A DNA stretch of 62,525 nucleotides, counting the filler, from Catajapyx aquilonaris (Eukaryota): NCBI GenBank assembly GCA_000934665.2. It is 2 parts of 2 records of this genome, joined end to end, with 100 filler letters (N's around TTAATTAATTAA, not from the genome) between each part and the next. Parts side by side here need not be neighbours in the genome. Positions count along the whole stretch, not along the records: positions 31,251 to 62,525 come from JYFJ02004574.1; 1 more part is not named here. The stretch is one strand, 5' to 3'. Under the pieces are notes generated by a model. It had not been told where the DNA came from. It worked only from the letters and a program-made list of their open reading frames with translations, and made no database searches. This document shows positions 35,695 to 48,823 of this stretch, in pieces (position 1 is the stretch's first letter; each line of letters opens with the position of its first letter). Made by a program: the position numbers and the translations under genes.

Positions 35695-36392
35695 TTCTGG
35701 GCACGAACTGACCAACACTTGGACCTACAAACACTGCGACTGAGACACCCAACTGACACCCAACACCCAAGAGCAGACGAGACATGATGCCACATTTCCT
35801 TTACGCGACACCAGGTTGCAATAACTCTCTGAATACAAGGAAGGCGTGGATTGGACAGGGCCTGGATCATGTTGAAAGCACGAGTCATTGTTTATGAATG
35901 CTGGCTGCCTGGGTTCATATGATAACCTTTGTACATGGTGAGTGTACAGCAGCCACAATTTTCATCGAGCGTAACAACAGCGTGCTGTTCTCCATAGACG
36001 TCCCTGAAACTGACACCATCTCTTCACATAATGGTGTCGTAAATATAACTTTGATGCGTGTGTCGTTCTCCATAATTAGCATCACTTGGCCGGGTGTGAA
36101 CACAAATGTACAAAGAAAGTAGGTGTCACATATCGTCACGGGGCGGTAATTAATCGCATGGCGTCACCAACGGCAAGGATCGAAAAATATAGGAAATAAA
36201 ATCCAGGCTATAAGTCCGCACTCGTGTAATGCTAACCATTACCTTTATTTCGATAACAGAAGTTGTAGTATACATTTTTATGACCTCGCTGAAAACAATT
36301 TTCAGAGTTTTCATGCATTTGCAGGCAGATCATAATATTTTTAATGAAAAAAACTGAAAAAAGGGGTCTGAATATCATCTGCTTCACTTCAT

Positions 36393-37239
36393 TCAGACCT
36401 TGCTGATTGGCTGGCGCTTGGCATGCTCGTCCATCAACTCCTGCAATATGTACATATTACTTGTGATAATATTATTCATCTGGGAAAGTGACATATAAAT
36501 GTCACACAGCAAAGATATATACATACTACTGCATAAGATAGTACAACCAAGTAGCTGTGGAAGGAGTACATGAAGGCAGCAAATGCACCAGGAACAAGAT
36601 AGTAGTGGATGGTTGCAGGCCCCAGAACCAACACGGTTATGGACAATATCTGTGCCTCGACTATGAGCAGGAGTGGCGTGGCCAACCACAGCACCAGCAA
36701 CAGGGGCTTCTCCTGAATCCACAAAAGAACAATTATTGCATCAATAATGCACTCAGCCTATCAGACTCTATTGTTGTACCTTGCGAACACCGCAGATGAG
36801 AATGAAACCGCTCGGGACGCCAATCACGCCAGTGACAAATGCATTCACCGATATCAATTTGAGGGAAATAGTGGTGATAGCTCCATCAGCATCAGTGGTG
36901 TTCAGAATGGCTGCCAAACTGTCGTTGCTCTGGTCACATTTTCCATCTGAAGCCAATTCAATCTTCTCGAGAGCACTGGAATAATTGGTGGTGACCTTCG
37001 CTGGAGATGACATCTGTACTCGCATCTCAGGGAATATGCCGAACAGGCAGGCAAGAATCACGACAACGCTCCCAATCTGTAAAATTGTGTCGGTACAGTA
37101 CACTCGCATAACAGTGCAATGACCGGCCAATCCTTACCAGATGCAAGTATCCGTAGATCAGTGCCCCTTTGCGGAGGGTAAGGCAGCAGCAGCAGCAGGA
37201 GCGACACAAGAACGGTGTCGGTTGACTTGACCTGGGCAT
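36393..37239 (-). CDS. Tetraspan family copy D, 4 exons
   Basis: Exons 37239-37138 (..CRSCCCCCLTLRKGALIYGYLHL), 37076-36780, 36712-36527 and 36440-36393 (ELMDEHAKRQPISKV*). Confidence 0.82.
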
Positions 37240-37824
37240 CTTGACACGACCTGGACAAACACTCCGACCTTTGAAGTATCAGACGTAACACTGAAGACCC
37301 GCCACGCCGACTCAGGGACAGTCAAAATGGTAGCAATTATGACAATCACATTTCCTGTTATATGAGGCGACACCAGGCTGAAAAACCGCGAAATTAACAG
37401 GAAGTGACGTGGATTGTTTTCCTGGGGAGCGCCATTGTCTTCCAGAAAAGTCAGAGCTGGAATTCCTCAGAGTCTATTCCAGGCTGAGAATGCTGCAAAA
37501 GAGCAACTCGTTTCCCCCCCCCCNCCCCCCCCCCGACCTTCATACTTGTTGTACTAAAATTGGCGAAAATGTGCAATATAATAATTATTATAGGTCTACT
37601 TAATTCGAAGTGAGTGCAACATGTTTCGCAAAAAAAAAAAAGATAGAGCAATCGACTTGTTTATTAAATGCGCATTTTAGCGATCCATATTATGTGAACC
37701 AAAATATTGTTCGTCGCATACCAAAGATATAAAATAAATTTGAGGCATGGTAGCAGGTAATTTTATTGCTTATTCCGGGGGTTACACAAAATATCTGAAT
37801 ATTGTCTCATCTGCTTCACTTCCT

Positions 37825-39912
37825 TTAGACCACCACGTTGATTGGTTGGTGTATGGCAGCCATCATCTCCTGTAATTATGTAACCCATATGAGAATTACT
37901 GCTGGTGTATAATTATGAGCAGGTGATTTAATTGTGATGCAACATAGCTCGGGTATACATGCCAGGTAGTATGATGAGACGACCACGATGCTGTGCGCAG
38001 CGTAGGTCATGATAGCAAGTGCAACAGGGATTAGCCAATACGTGTACTCGGTCACCAGCATCCACTCCACGATGATAATTCCTAGTGCATCGGCCATGAG
38101 CATGACCTGCATGGCCACCCACAGGAGCATCACGGGGGCATTTCCCTGCATTCACATGAAAATAATTGCATCAATAATAATGCACTCATTCGGTCTGACT
38201 CAATTACTGTTGTACTTGCTCTGATCTGAAAATATTGGGACACCCCCAAAAAATGGAGTGGTGGGGTTATACACAGGATGTGATAAAAAGTTTCCATTAA
38301 GATTATCTTGACTTTAGAATGGATAATTATGAATAGTAACAATTGAGCTAGGAGGATACCAAATTTGAAGTTAATTTGACAGTTAACAACTGAAATAAAT
38401 ACGATTATACCTTGGACAGTGAATTTCTGTGGGGTCTGGTAAAAATTGCTACCACTCTGTTTATTTCTTACTTAGCGGGATGTAAATGTTGATAATGAAC
38501 CTGAGGGGCCGCACAAACCCAAAAACAGTTATGACATTAATTACAAAAAATCTAGCACAAAATTAAAAAATATTTATCATGGCTTGCAGATATGACATTT
38601 TCTGTGCATTTTTGAATTAAGGAATATTTAAAGCCATTTTACTTTAATTGCAATGAAATTTTTTATCATAGCACATTGGACTGAGTTCTAGATAAACAAT
38701 ACTATCACATTTTAATTTATTAATAAATAACACCGTTAAATGTGGTACAGCCAAGTGTATCAATTTCTGAAAAAATCCACTTGCGATAAATATTTTCTAA
38801 TTTTGTGCTAGATTTTTTGTAATTAATGTCATAACTGTTTTTGGGTTTGTGCGGCCCCTCAGGTTCATTATCAACATTTACATCCCGCTAAGTAAGAAAT
38901 AAACAGAGTGGCAGCAATTTTTACCAGACCCCACAGAAATTCACTGTCCAAGGTATAATCGTATTTATTTCAGTTGTTAACTGTCAAATGAACTTCAAAT
39001 TTGGTATTCTCCTAGCTCAATTGTTACTATTCATAATTATCCATTCTAAAGTCCAGATAATCTTAATGGAAACTTTTTATCACATCCTGTGTATAACCCC
39101 ACCACTCCATTTTTTGGGGGTGTCCCAATATTTTCAGATCAGGGCAAGTAGTACCATACCTTGCGAATACCCTTGATTAGAGCAAAGGTGAACGCCATGT
39201 TGACCACGGCCGTCATGAATACAAGGACTGAAATCTCTACCAGCTCTGTAAAGATTTTAGTGCAATAAGTTATGCGCGCGTTATAACTTTAACGAAATAA
39301 TTGTAATATTGGCCAGAGTAGATTGCTCTGGATATGTTTAAAACATGACCTACGCCAGAAGCAAATTTCATACCTTGAAGAAAAGTGATGTAATCCTCTT
39401 CTTCAATGGTCGTTGCCTCGGTTGAGACCAATCGCATTTGACTCGTTGCATATCGTAATCCAACACCGCAGGCAATCATGACGCCAACAGTCCCAATCTG
39501 CAGTAAACAAGAAGGTATTGCAGTAATATGTAATATGCATTAATTAATTACTTAGTAGCCTTTGCCAAAATTTGGCAACACTGCTTGCCCCACCCACCAA
39601 CATGCACGTAGTACGATATGCTCCTACCAGTTGGCGCATTGGCCCTCCCTCTGCACAATCCTGCCACACTCAGGAGAAAGTAGTATGTACTACATGCACG
39701 TTGGTGATGGGTCACTGCACGGACAAAGCCCACCAGGGTTCAAAACCACTATGTCCTCTAATATGATTTGAGGTCAAATCCTCTGGTGCAACCGGCCCTT
39801 AGTCTACCAAGTATTACCAGACGATCCTTACCAGATGCAAGTACCCGTAGATCAGTGCTCCTCTTCGGAGGGAGGCACCGCAGCAGTAGATACGACTACG
39901 TGGCTCGGCCAT
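37825..39912 (-). CDS. Tetraspan family copy E, 5 exons, with a MITE in intron 3
   Basis: Exon 1 39912-39832 (MAEPRSRIYCCGASLRRGALIYGYLHL); exon 2 from 39497; exon 3 ending 39160 (..FTFALIKGIRK); exon 4 38145-37963 (GC donor); last exon EMMAAIHQPINVVV* with stop at 37825. Confidence 0.78.
38215..39148. mobile_element. 934-bp MITE with ~370-bp TIRs and a TA target duplication (Tc1/mariner-type)
   Basis: TA|CTTGCTCTGATCTGAAAATATTGGGACACCCC ... GGGGTGTCCCAATATTTTCAGATCAGGGCAAG|TA. Arms are near-identical. The corresponding intron in copies G and I lacks the element. Confidence 0.92.
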
Positions 39913-41061
39913 TTCTCGAGAAGACTAGACTGGCACTGAAACCTCTGAACACTGCGACTCATGTGCTGATACTAAAAGTGACCAGGAAAATGTTGCATAT
40001 TGCCAGAAAGGGATGTGACGAAAGACGATGACGTATAATGAGAAGCACCAATCGGAGACTGGATCAGATGCAGCGGATATTACGGGCAATTATAATTTGC
40101 TGGTTTATAAAATAAAATAAATAGTGAGTAACATCGCAATTTACGAACCATTTCATATGTATAGGAGCTCACAATACCGTTCTTGTTAAACCATGGCGAT
40201 ATTTCCCGAGAGAGGGATGTGAAGTGAACCTGGTACCACGTGTTCCTTTTTTCCGGCGATGGGTTAGGTTAGGGCAGCCACGTGGGGCAGCCATTTTGTA
40301 CCACCAAGAAACAGTATTGCACCCCTATAGTAGTTTAGTGACTTATTGGAGTTATGCACATGTTTACACTGGAGTTCATTCAGCCTAACGGTTTTTCTGG
40401 CCTATCAGATTCTCTTCATTTTGCACACTTTTGCACCATTAAAAAAATGCACTCAAAGGGTTTCGCACTGGAGAGCGGGACATTCGATTTGTCAATTTTT
40501 AGATCACATCGAAAAAGGGGTTTGCATTATTCTATTTCATTTTATGTTTAGGCAATTAAGGATATCAACTGACTCTACAGAATGTCTGGAGTTTTGCCCC
40601 ACCAAGACAGAGTTTTGTACCACTCATTTTGGGGATTTTAATATTTTAGACTGCTTTCCAACTTTACACGCTATGGGAGTGTTGACCAACAAATATTCGA
40701 TTTCACTTATTTATGGATCCGTGCCGTTGTGGCTGGACACAAACGTCTAACTTGCCAAGGTTCCATGATTCCTGACTATCTAACCATAAGAACATGTGCG
40801 TGTGTGACGTAAATGCCGAAGGTCAATATGCGTCACTAAAATGATGCCGTAATAAAATGTAACAAATAACTCTAATAATGCGTATAGGCCTATGTGTACC
40901 AGGCAGCAGCAGCCAAGTGTAAACAGAAGTTAGAAGAATTTAGATGTCACGTGTCGTTATGGGACGTAATTAATTGTGCACAACGGAAGTGCAGGGTCCA
41001 AAGTCCAGAAGTGGGTCGAAAAATACGGGAAAAATGCGAGTCTAAATTAGCAAGACAACCA

Positions 41062-42583
41062 TCTAATACATATTTCTCGACGTATATCTGTCTGTCTGTC
41101 TGTCACCTAAACAGACCCATACGGAGGCCTTCACATATGCCCCAGGGGTATCACTAGGGGTAGTTTTTTACCGGGAAGGTTCGTAGCGCATTGGAATTGA
41201 CCTCCGAGGTCATCCTTGGCCACAGGAGGCAAAAAGAACTTTGGATGTTGGCGCCCTGTTCTAATAATCCGCATATTGGTATATAAACAAGTTGCCATGG
41301 AAATGGCCCTTCCTTCTCTCAAGGCCCAAGGGGTCACATCCACTTTGGTCACATCACCCTCTCCTCATGCCGCCACCTCCAGGCCTTCTTTTCATATATT
41401 CTTCGTCCGCCAAAAAAGCCCCCGTCCGTCTCCCCCTTCCCATGCACTCCTCCATCCGCCCGCCCCCTCCTGTTCCATGCTGGTTCCATGCCCCCACCCC
41501 CACCCTACCCTCTTCCCCACAACCACCCCCCACCCCCACCCCCTTCCCTATCAATCAACATTTCATTAATATTATGTACACACAAAAAAAACCCCGTCGC
41601 CACGGCAACAACGTTCGAGAGGTTGCTCTTAATCGACGACAATTGTAGACAATGTCCAGGGTCATCAGAAAGGTGGAGTTTTTTTCCTTGGTGCACCAGG
41701 AGGAACTGGTAAAACATTTGTGACTAATCTGTTGTTGGCGAAAGTTCGTCAGGATCAACAAATCGCACTTGAGGTTGCCTCCTCTGGCATAGCATCTACT
41801 CTTTTGCCTGGTGGGAGGACTGCTCAATGCTCATGCAGCATTCAAGCTTCCTTTGAATTTAGCTACTCAGGAAAATGCTACATGCAACATCAGCAAGGGT
41901 ACCGGGGTGGCACAACTTTTGAGTCAGTGCAGGTTAATTGTTTGGGATGAGTGCACCATGTCCCACAAAGCAGCTTTTGAAGCTCTGGACAGGACACTGC
42001 AGGATATCCGAGAAACCAAAAAGATTATGGGTGGAGTAACTTTGGTGTTGGCTGGGGACTTCAGGCAGACATTGCCTGTTGTTCCACGAGGCACACGAGC
42101 AGATGAGATAAAACCTTGCCTAAAGTCTTCTTATCTCTGGACTCATGTTAGAAAATTCAATCTCTCTATACGAACATGAGGGCCTATCTGCTTGGTGACT
42201 ACTAAGAGGAATTTGCATGCGACCTGTTGAAATTAGGAAATGGCCAATTTAGAACCGATGCCCTATAGGAAATGTTGACATGGGATTGATCGGTACGAAG
42301 GTGTCCTCTGTCGATGAATTAAAATTTAAGGTCGTTCCCAATCTTTGCCTCAACTACCAGAGACACAGTTGGTTGTGTGAGAGAGCAATATTAGCTCCGA
42401 AAAACAACACCGTCAATCTCATCAACGCACAACTCCTCAACCAACTACCTGGTCCTTCCCACTGTTCTGTGGACACAGTCCCAGACGAGGCCCAGGTTAT
42501 GGTGTATTGCAAAGGTCCAAATCAATGAGTCACTCCTATGGAAAAGTATTTCATAACCCGAGCAACGCCGGGTATCCTGCTAG
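41062..42583 (+). mobile_element. Non-autonomous Helitron carrying a frameshifted Pif1-type helicase fragment
   Basis: 5' A|TC at 41062; 3' hairpin CCCGAGCAACGCCGGG then CTAG|T at 42583. Internal ~41690-42490 encodes PGGTGKT, ASSGIASTLLPGGRTA, IVWDECTM, GDFRQTLPVV and RAILAPKN with frameshifts. The empty site AACCA|TTACC is seen in the paralogous unit at ~36234. Confidence 0.92.
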
Positions 42584-42724
42584 TTACCTCTATTTTGAAA
42601 ACAAAAGTTGTGTACATTTTAATAACCTCGCTGGTAAAAGTTTGGTAGGCGGATAACAACGATGTAGGACTAGATGTCTTTAAATAACATAAAAAGTTGT
42701 CCCAATATCATCTGATTCACTTCA

Positions 42725-43282
42725 TTCTGAGACCTCAGTGCTGACTGGCCGGTGCTTGGCAGACATCAACTCACTGAAATACGCACTATAATGCACACAT
42801 TACTTTTTGAGAATTACTGCTCATTTACATGACAGTGATATACAGTCGAATATACAGTAAATGCCATACAGCAGAGAGTATCTTCTTGGCATGCATACCA
42901 GTGAGTGAGACTGGACAACGTGCACGAAGACTACATTAATGCACCAGGAAAGAGCCAGAAGTCCATGCCTGCAGGTCTCATAAATAACACGGTGATGGAC
43001 AATATCAGTGTCTCGGCTATATGAGCAGGAAGGTCGTGGCCAGCCACATGACCAGCAATCTTGCAATTCTATCTTCTTGAGAGCAGTGGAATAATCGGCG
43101 GTGACCTTTGCTGGATGCGACATCTGTACTTGGATATCAGGGAATATGCCGAACAGGCAGGGAAGACCCACAGCAAACTCTGTAACATTATGTCATGCAT
43201 TACACCCGCATACCAGTGCAATTACCGGCCAATCCATAGCATACTACCAGATGCAATAAGTACCCATAGATCAGTGCTCCTA
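42725..43282 (-). pseudogene. Tetraspan family copy F (D/H-type) pseudogene
   Basis: Recognisable remnants of all four exons. An internal deletion joins exon 2 (CLFGIFPDIQVQMSHPAKVTADYSTALKKIEL) directly to frameshifted exon 3, and exon 1 is 5'-truncated. Confidence 0.8.
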
Positions 43283-43562
43283 TATACCACCCGGTTCCAG
43301 CTTCCAGGTCGGTTCCACAAGGACCCTGTACACCGGTTCCAAGAAGTGTTGACCCCCTTTATCAGATATTAAATGCGATTTTAGCGATCCATAATATGTG
43401 AGTCAAAATATTGTTCGTCGCATGACGTCGCAAGATATAAAATTAAAATTAAAATAATTATTTGGGGCATGGTGGCAAGTTTTTTTTATTGCTCATTCCG
43501 GGGGGTAAAAGCTAAAAGGTTATACAAAATATGTGAATATTGTCTCATCTGCTTCACTTCCT

Positions 43563-44721
43563 TTAGACCACTACGTTGATTGGTTGGTGTATGGCAGCCA
43601 TCAACTCCTGCAATCATGTAACCAATATGAGAATTACTGCTCGTGTATATGAGCAGGTGATTTAATTGTGATGCAGCAGAGCTCGGATATACATGCCTGG
43701 TAGTAGTATGATGAGACGACCACGACGCTGTGCAGAGCGTAGGCCACGATAGCAAATGCAACAGGGATGAGATAGGACATGTACTCGGACACCAGCATCC
43801 ACTCGGCAATGATAAGTCCCAGTGCTTCGAAAATGAGCATGACCTGGATGGCCACCCACAGGAGCATCCAGGGGGAATTCCCCTGCATTCACATGAAAAT
43901 AATTTGCATCAATAATGCATCCACTCGGTCTTACTCAATTACTGTTGTACAGTAGGCTACCTTGCGAATGCCCTTGCGGAGAGCAAAGGTGAATGCCATG
44001 TTGACCACAGCCTTCATGAATACAATGACACAAAGGTATAGCAGGTCTGTAAAGAATTTAATGGAAGAAGTTATGCACGGGTTATAACTTTAATGAAATA
44101 ATTGTAATATTTGTCAGAGTACTCGTAGATTTCTCTGGATATGTTTAAAACATGACCTACGCCAGGTCCTAATTTCATACCTTCAATCAAACTGATGTAC
44201 TTCTCTTCGTCAATGGTGGTTGCCTTCACAGCTGAGAACAATCGAATTTGACGCGTTGCATATACTAATCCAACCCCGCAGGTAATCATGACGCCAACCG
44301 TCAAAATCTGCAGTAAACAAGAACGTATTGCAGTAATATGTAATATGCATTAATTAATTACTTAGTAGCCTTTGCCAAAATTTGGCAACACTGCTTGCCC
44401 CACCCACCAACATGGACGTAATACGATATGCCACTACCAGTTGGCGCATTGGCCCTCCCTCTGCACACTCCTGCCACACTCAAGGGGAAAGTAGTACTAC
44501 ATGCACGTTGGACGTTGGTGATGGGTCACTGCACGGACAAAGTCCACCAGGGTTCTATACCACAATGTCCTCTAATATTATTTATGGTCAAACCCACTGG
44601 TGTACCTACCAAGTATCTGATCTGGCGACACTATCCTTACCAGATGCAATTTCCAGTAGATCGGCACTCCTCTTCGGATGGAGACGCCGCAGCATAAAAT
44701 ACGACAACATGGCCCGGCCAT
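43563..44721 (-). CDS. Tetraspan family copy G (E-type), 5 exons
   Basis: Exon 1 44721-44641 (MAGPCCRILCCGVSIRRGVPIYWKLHL); ILTVGVMITCG..; ..AFTFALRKGIRK; GNSPWMLLW..SSYYYQ with GC donor at 43696; ELMAAIHQPINVVV*. Confidence 0.78.
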
Positions 44722-45242
44722 TTCTGTACAACACTTGACTCAGTGGCACTGCAACCTCTGAACACTGCGACTCATGCGCTTGATACTGGACACTGAAAAG
44801 TGAGCAAGAAATGTTGCATATTGCCAGAAAGGAATGTGAGGAATGGTGATGACGAGTCATCATAAGCACCAATCGGAGGCAGGATCAGATGCAGATGATA
44901 TCATGGGCAATTATAATTTACTGGTTTATAAAGTAACCACGGGCGAAGTAGGGGGCCGAAATTTGTACTTCGGAGTCCGGCCATTGTTCTACTGGGAATG
45001 GAGTACGGCCCTTGTTCTATTGGGCTTTTCAGTTGTTGTGGGGGACGGTTGGGGGTCAGGAGACTGGACTTGGGACTAACCGTCTTACTGTATACAGAAG
45101 CAAATTAGGATGGGGGTAGACCAGAGCTTATTCTAAGCAATTTTTTGTTAGAACTGCACGAAAGGCATAGTCGAATGAGGGCAAATGAAAAAAGGGGCAA
45201 GATTTTGTGTTCAAGGTCACACAAGCTTAGGTAAATGTAACT

Positions 45243-45526
45243 GGGTCATTCCGTGTCAATTCACCGAGCTTTTAAGGAAAATTGATCCTTGGGTTGTCAG
45301 ATCACGACAAAATCGGCTCGTCGCTTTAATTACGTCCTCCAAGAATTACCATTTGCTCGGTTCTGCAATTTACCCCTGGTATTGCCAGTAAGCAATGTGT
45401 ACCTGTAAATCACAAAACTGCGCAAATTGTATTCTTGGAGGACGTAATTAAAGCGTTGCGCCGTTTTTCGTCATGATCTGACAACCCAAGGGTCAGCGGG
45501 CTCGGTGAATTGACATGGAATGACCC
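45243..45526. mobile_element. 284-bp palindromic MITE with a 4-bp TSD (Sola-like)
   Basis: TIR GGGTCATTCC(G/A)TGTCAATTCACCGAGC at both ends, internal arms also complementary, TSD AACT on both sides. Confidence 0.82.
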
Positions 45527-46525
45527 AACTGGCAAAGTATACAGAGCAATCCTATAATCCAAGATGTGCATGTAAAAAAATCCGTAACACACGGCAAGTT
45601 ACTAGTCACTCTCAGAAGGACTCATTTATCTCTTCAGTTTTGCGCATCCTGATGCACAAAATAATGTGACGCGGGTATCGGCGAGAATACACTGACGACT
45701 AACCAGCACTACACGAAGGGGTATAATAAAGCACTTTGCAGGATGGGCCCAAGATGAGGACTGATTTTTCGTCCCAGTTCCTTTTCTCTTTTCCCCGAAA
45801 ACCAGGCGACCCCCAACGGTATCGTGGGAGGCTGGGGCATAATAAATATACGGACAGTGTCAGGAGGTCATTCAGTGAGCCACCAGACTCCGAACATCTG
45901 TATACATCTGGACAGCATTTCCTCCGCGTCCAGTCGAACCCGAACACTACACGTCTGACACTTTCAGAATAAATATTATTTTTTTCTCAGACTTCCTCAC
46001 TGAACCAGCCAAATTAAAAACATGAAGTAAATGTGTATTTGTTCATTGTCCATCGTCATATTGCTAAACATGTTGGTAGTGACCAAGGAACGTCTTGTAC
46101 ACAGCCAGTTCATCCGGGATGTCTACAGGCCGCTATTCACAGGTTGAAGACCGGGAGGGATGACTTGAACGGAAAACACGTAAAAACTGCCGGAAATACA
46201 GGAGCAAGAAACAGTTTTGCACCCCTTTAGTAGCTAGTGAGTTATTATTAAAGTTATTGCACAAGTTTACGCTGGCGTCCATCGGTCCATGTCATTCAAA
46301 CGAACGGTTTCTCCTGGCCTATCAGATTCTCTTCATTTTGCACAATTTTGCACCACCAACACAGAGTTTTGCACCAGCATTTTTCTAATGCAAAAAAAAT
46401 GCGCTCAAAGTTTCGCGCTGGAGCGAGAGTCACTCAAATTGTCAATTTTTAGATCCTGAGTTATTAACGATATTGGAACAGTATCCATAGATTTCTATGG
46501 ATATACATTTAAAACGTGGCCATAC

Positions 46526-46625
46526 CTTGGAGCCAAGCAGTGTAATGCTCTTTTTCAGTGCTGAGGAGCGACCCTATTTCATCCATCGCATATTGTAGTC
46601 CAATCATGACGACAGAATTCCCAGT
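46526..46625 (-). pseudogene. Isolated exon-2 fragment of the tetraspan family (J-like)
   Basis: TTGCAG|TGNSVVMIGLQYAMDEIGSLLSTEKEHYTAWLQG|GTATGG resembles exon 2 of copy J. No other exons of the family found nearby. Confidence 0.6.
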
Positions 46626-47344
46626 CTGCAATACAAAGACTAGGTAGGGCGAGAAACCTTTGTTACACCCTGTATTAAATGGAAGAACGTGAAGGGTATA
46701 AAAATATGATGGGTTGTCACGCTTTTCCGTTAAGGAAGTGCCTGGAAAATATATCAAGTGGGTTGTCATCTAGCCCGTGTTGCCGTTTGGTGGACGATAT
46801 GTGAACTTTGAGTACGGTACACCAAAATGTTTGTTATGTCTTTTACAAAGTTGCTAGGTGTTCAGGTCAAAAATGACAAAAATTTGGGTTGTCACCTTTT
46901 CTCTTGGCATACGATAACCTTTGTGCGATGAGTGTGCGCTGTACAGAAGCCACAATCATCATAACGCCAGCCTATAGGTGCTGTTCTCCAGACGCTCCTG
47001 AAAATGACACCGTCTCTTCACTTAATGGTGTCGTAAATATAACTTTGATGTGTGTGTCGTTCTCCATTTAACATCAAGTAATTATTCGCCTGGCATCACA
47101 ACGGCAAGGGTCCAAAGTCCAGAAGGGTCGAAAAATAGCTATAAGAAAAAAAATCTAGGCTAATCAGAGACGCCACCGACGTAATGCTAACCATTACATT
47201 TATTTTGATAATAAAAGTTGTATACATTTTCATGACCTCGCTGAAAACAAATTTCAGAGTTTTCATGCATTTACAGGCAGATCAAAGATATTTTAAATGA
47301 AAATAACGGAAGAAAGTATCTGAATATCATCTGCTTCACTTCAT

Positions 47345-48222
47345 TCAGACCAAGTTGCTGATTGGCCGGCGCTTGGCAGCATACTTGTCCATCAACTCCT
47401 GCAATATGTACACATTACTTGGCACCGCGAGAATAATTTATATTGATCCTCATGTACCTTATGACAAAGTGACATATAAATGCCATACAGCAAAGGTATA
47501 TACATACCAGTGCACAAGATTGTACAACGAAGTAGCCGTGGAAGGAGTACACGATGACAGCAAATGCACCAGGAACAAGATAGTGGGCGATGGTTGCAGG
47601 CCCCAGAACCAACACAGTTATGGACAATATCAGTGCCTCGGCTATGAGCAGGAGTGCCATGGGCAACCACAGCACCAGAAATAGAGGATTCTTCTGAATT
47701 CACAAAAGAACAATATATTATTGCATCAATAATGAACTCAGCCAATCAGACTCCTTTTGTTGTACCTTGCGAACACCGTAGATGAGAATGAAACCGCTCG
47801 GGACGCCAATCACGCCCGTGAAAAATGCATTCACCGATATCAATTTGAGGGAAATAGTGGTGATAGCTCCATCAGCATCAGTGGTGTTCAGAATGGCTGC
47901 CAAACTGTCGTTGCTCTGGTCACATTTTCCATCTGAAGCCAATTCAATCTTCTCGAGAGCACTGGAATAATTGGTGGTGACCTTCGCTGGAGAGGACATC
48001 TGTACTCGCATCTCAGGGAATATGCCGAACAGGCAGGCAAGAATCACGACAACGCTCCCAATCTGTAAAATTGTGTCGGTACAGTACACTCGCATAACAG
48101 TGCAATGACCGGCCAATCCTTACCAGATGCAAGTATCCGTAGATCAGTGCCCCTTTGCGGAGGGTAAAGCAGCAGCAGCAGGAGCGACACAAGAACGGTG
48201 TCGGTTGACATGACCTGGGCAT
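47345..48222 (-). CDS. Tetraspan family copy H (D-type), 4 exons
   Basis: Exons 1-2 are almost identical to copy D (MPRSCQPTPFLCRSCCCCFTLRKGALIYGYLHL). Exon 3 KNPLFLVLWLPM..; last exon ELMDKYAAKRRPISNLV*. Confidence 0.82.
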
Positions 48223-48823
48223 CTTGACACGACCTGGACAAGCACTCCGACCTTTGAAGTATCAGACGTAACACTGAAGACCCGCCACGCCGACTCAGGG
48301 ACAGTCAAAATGGTAGCATATGACATCACATTTCCTGTTATATGAGGCGACGCCAGGCTGAAAAATCGCGAAATTAACAGGAAGTCACGACGGATTGTTT
48401 TGCTGGGGAGCGCCATTGTCTTTCTAGAAAAGTCAGAGCTGGAATTCCTCAGCTATTCCTGGCTCAGAATGCTGCAAAAGAGCAACTCGTTTTTTCCCCC
48501 GACACTCATACTTGTTGCGACGTAAGTTATACTAAAATTGACGAAAAGGTGCAATGTCATAGACAGTCTACTTCATTCGAAGTTTAGTGACACGTTGCGC
48601 AAAAAAAAAAAGATAGAGCAATCGACACGTTTATTAAATGCACATTTTAGCGATCCATTGCGAGTCAAAATATTGTTCGTGTCGCATACCAAAAATAAAA
48701 ATTGCAAATAAATTTTTTTATTAAGGTCATGGTGGCAATTTTATTTTATTGCTTATTCCGCGGGTATGGGAGGGGGGAAGTTATACAAAATGTATGAATA
48801 TTGTCTCATCTGCTTCACTTCCT

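Noticed and set aside
41811..42179. Pif1 helicase ORF as a host gene
   Set aside because: Frameshifted, partial and enclosed by Helitron termini.
45665..46022. Possible solo LTR (TGTGAC start, TATA, AATAAA)
   Set aside because: No definable CA end, TSD or second copy in the window.
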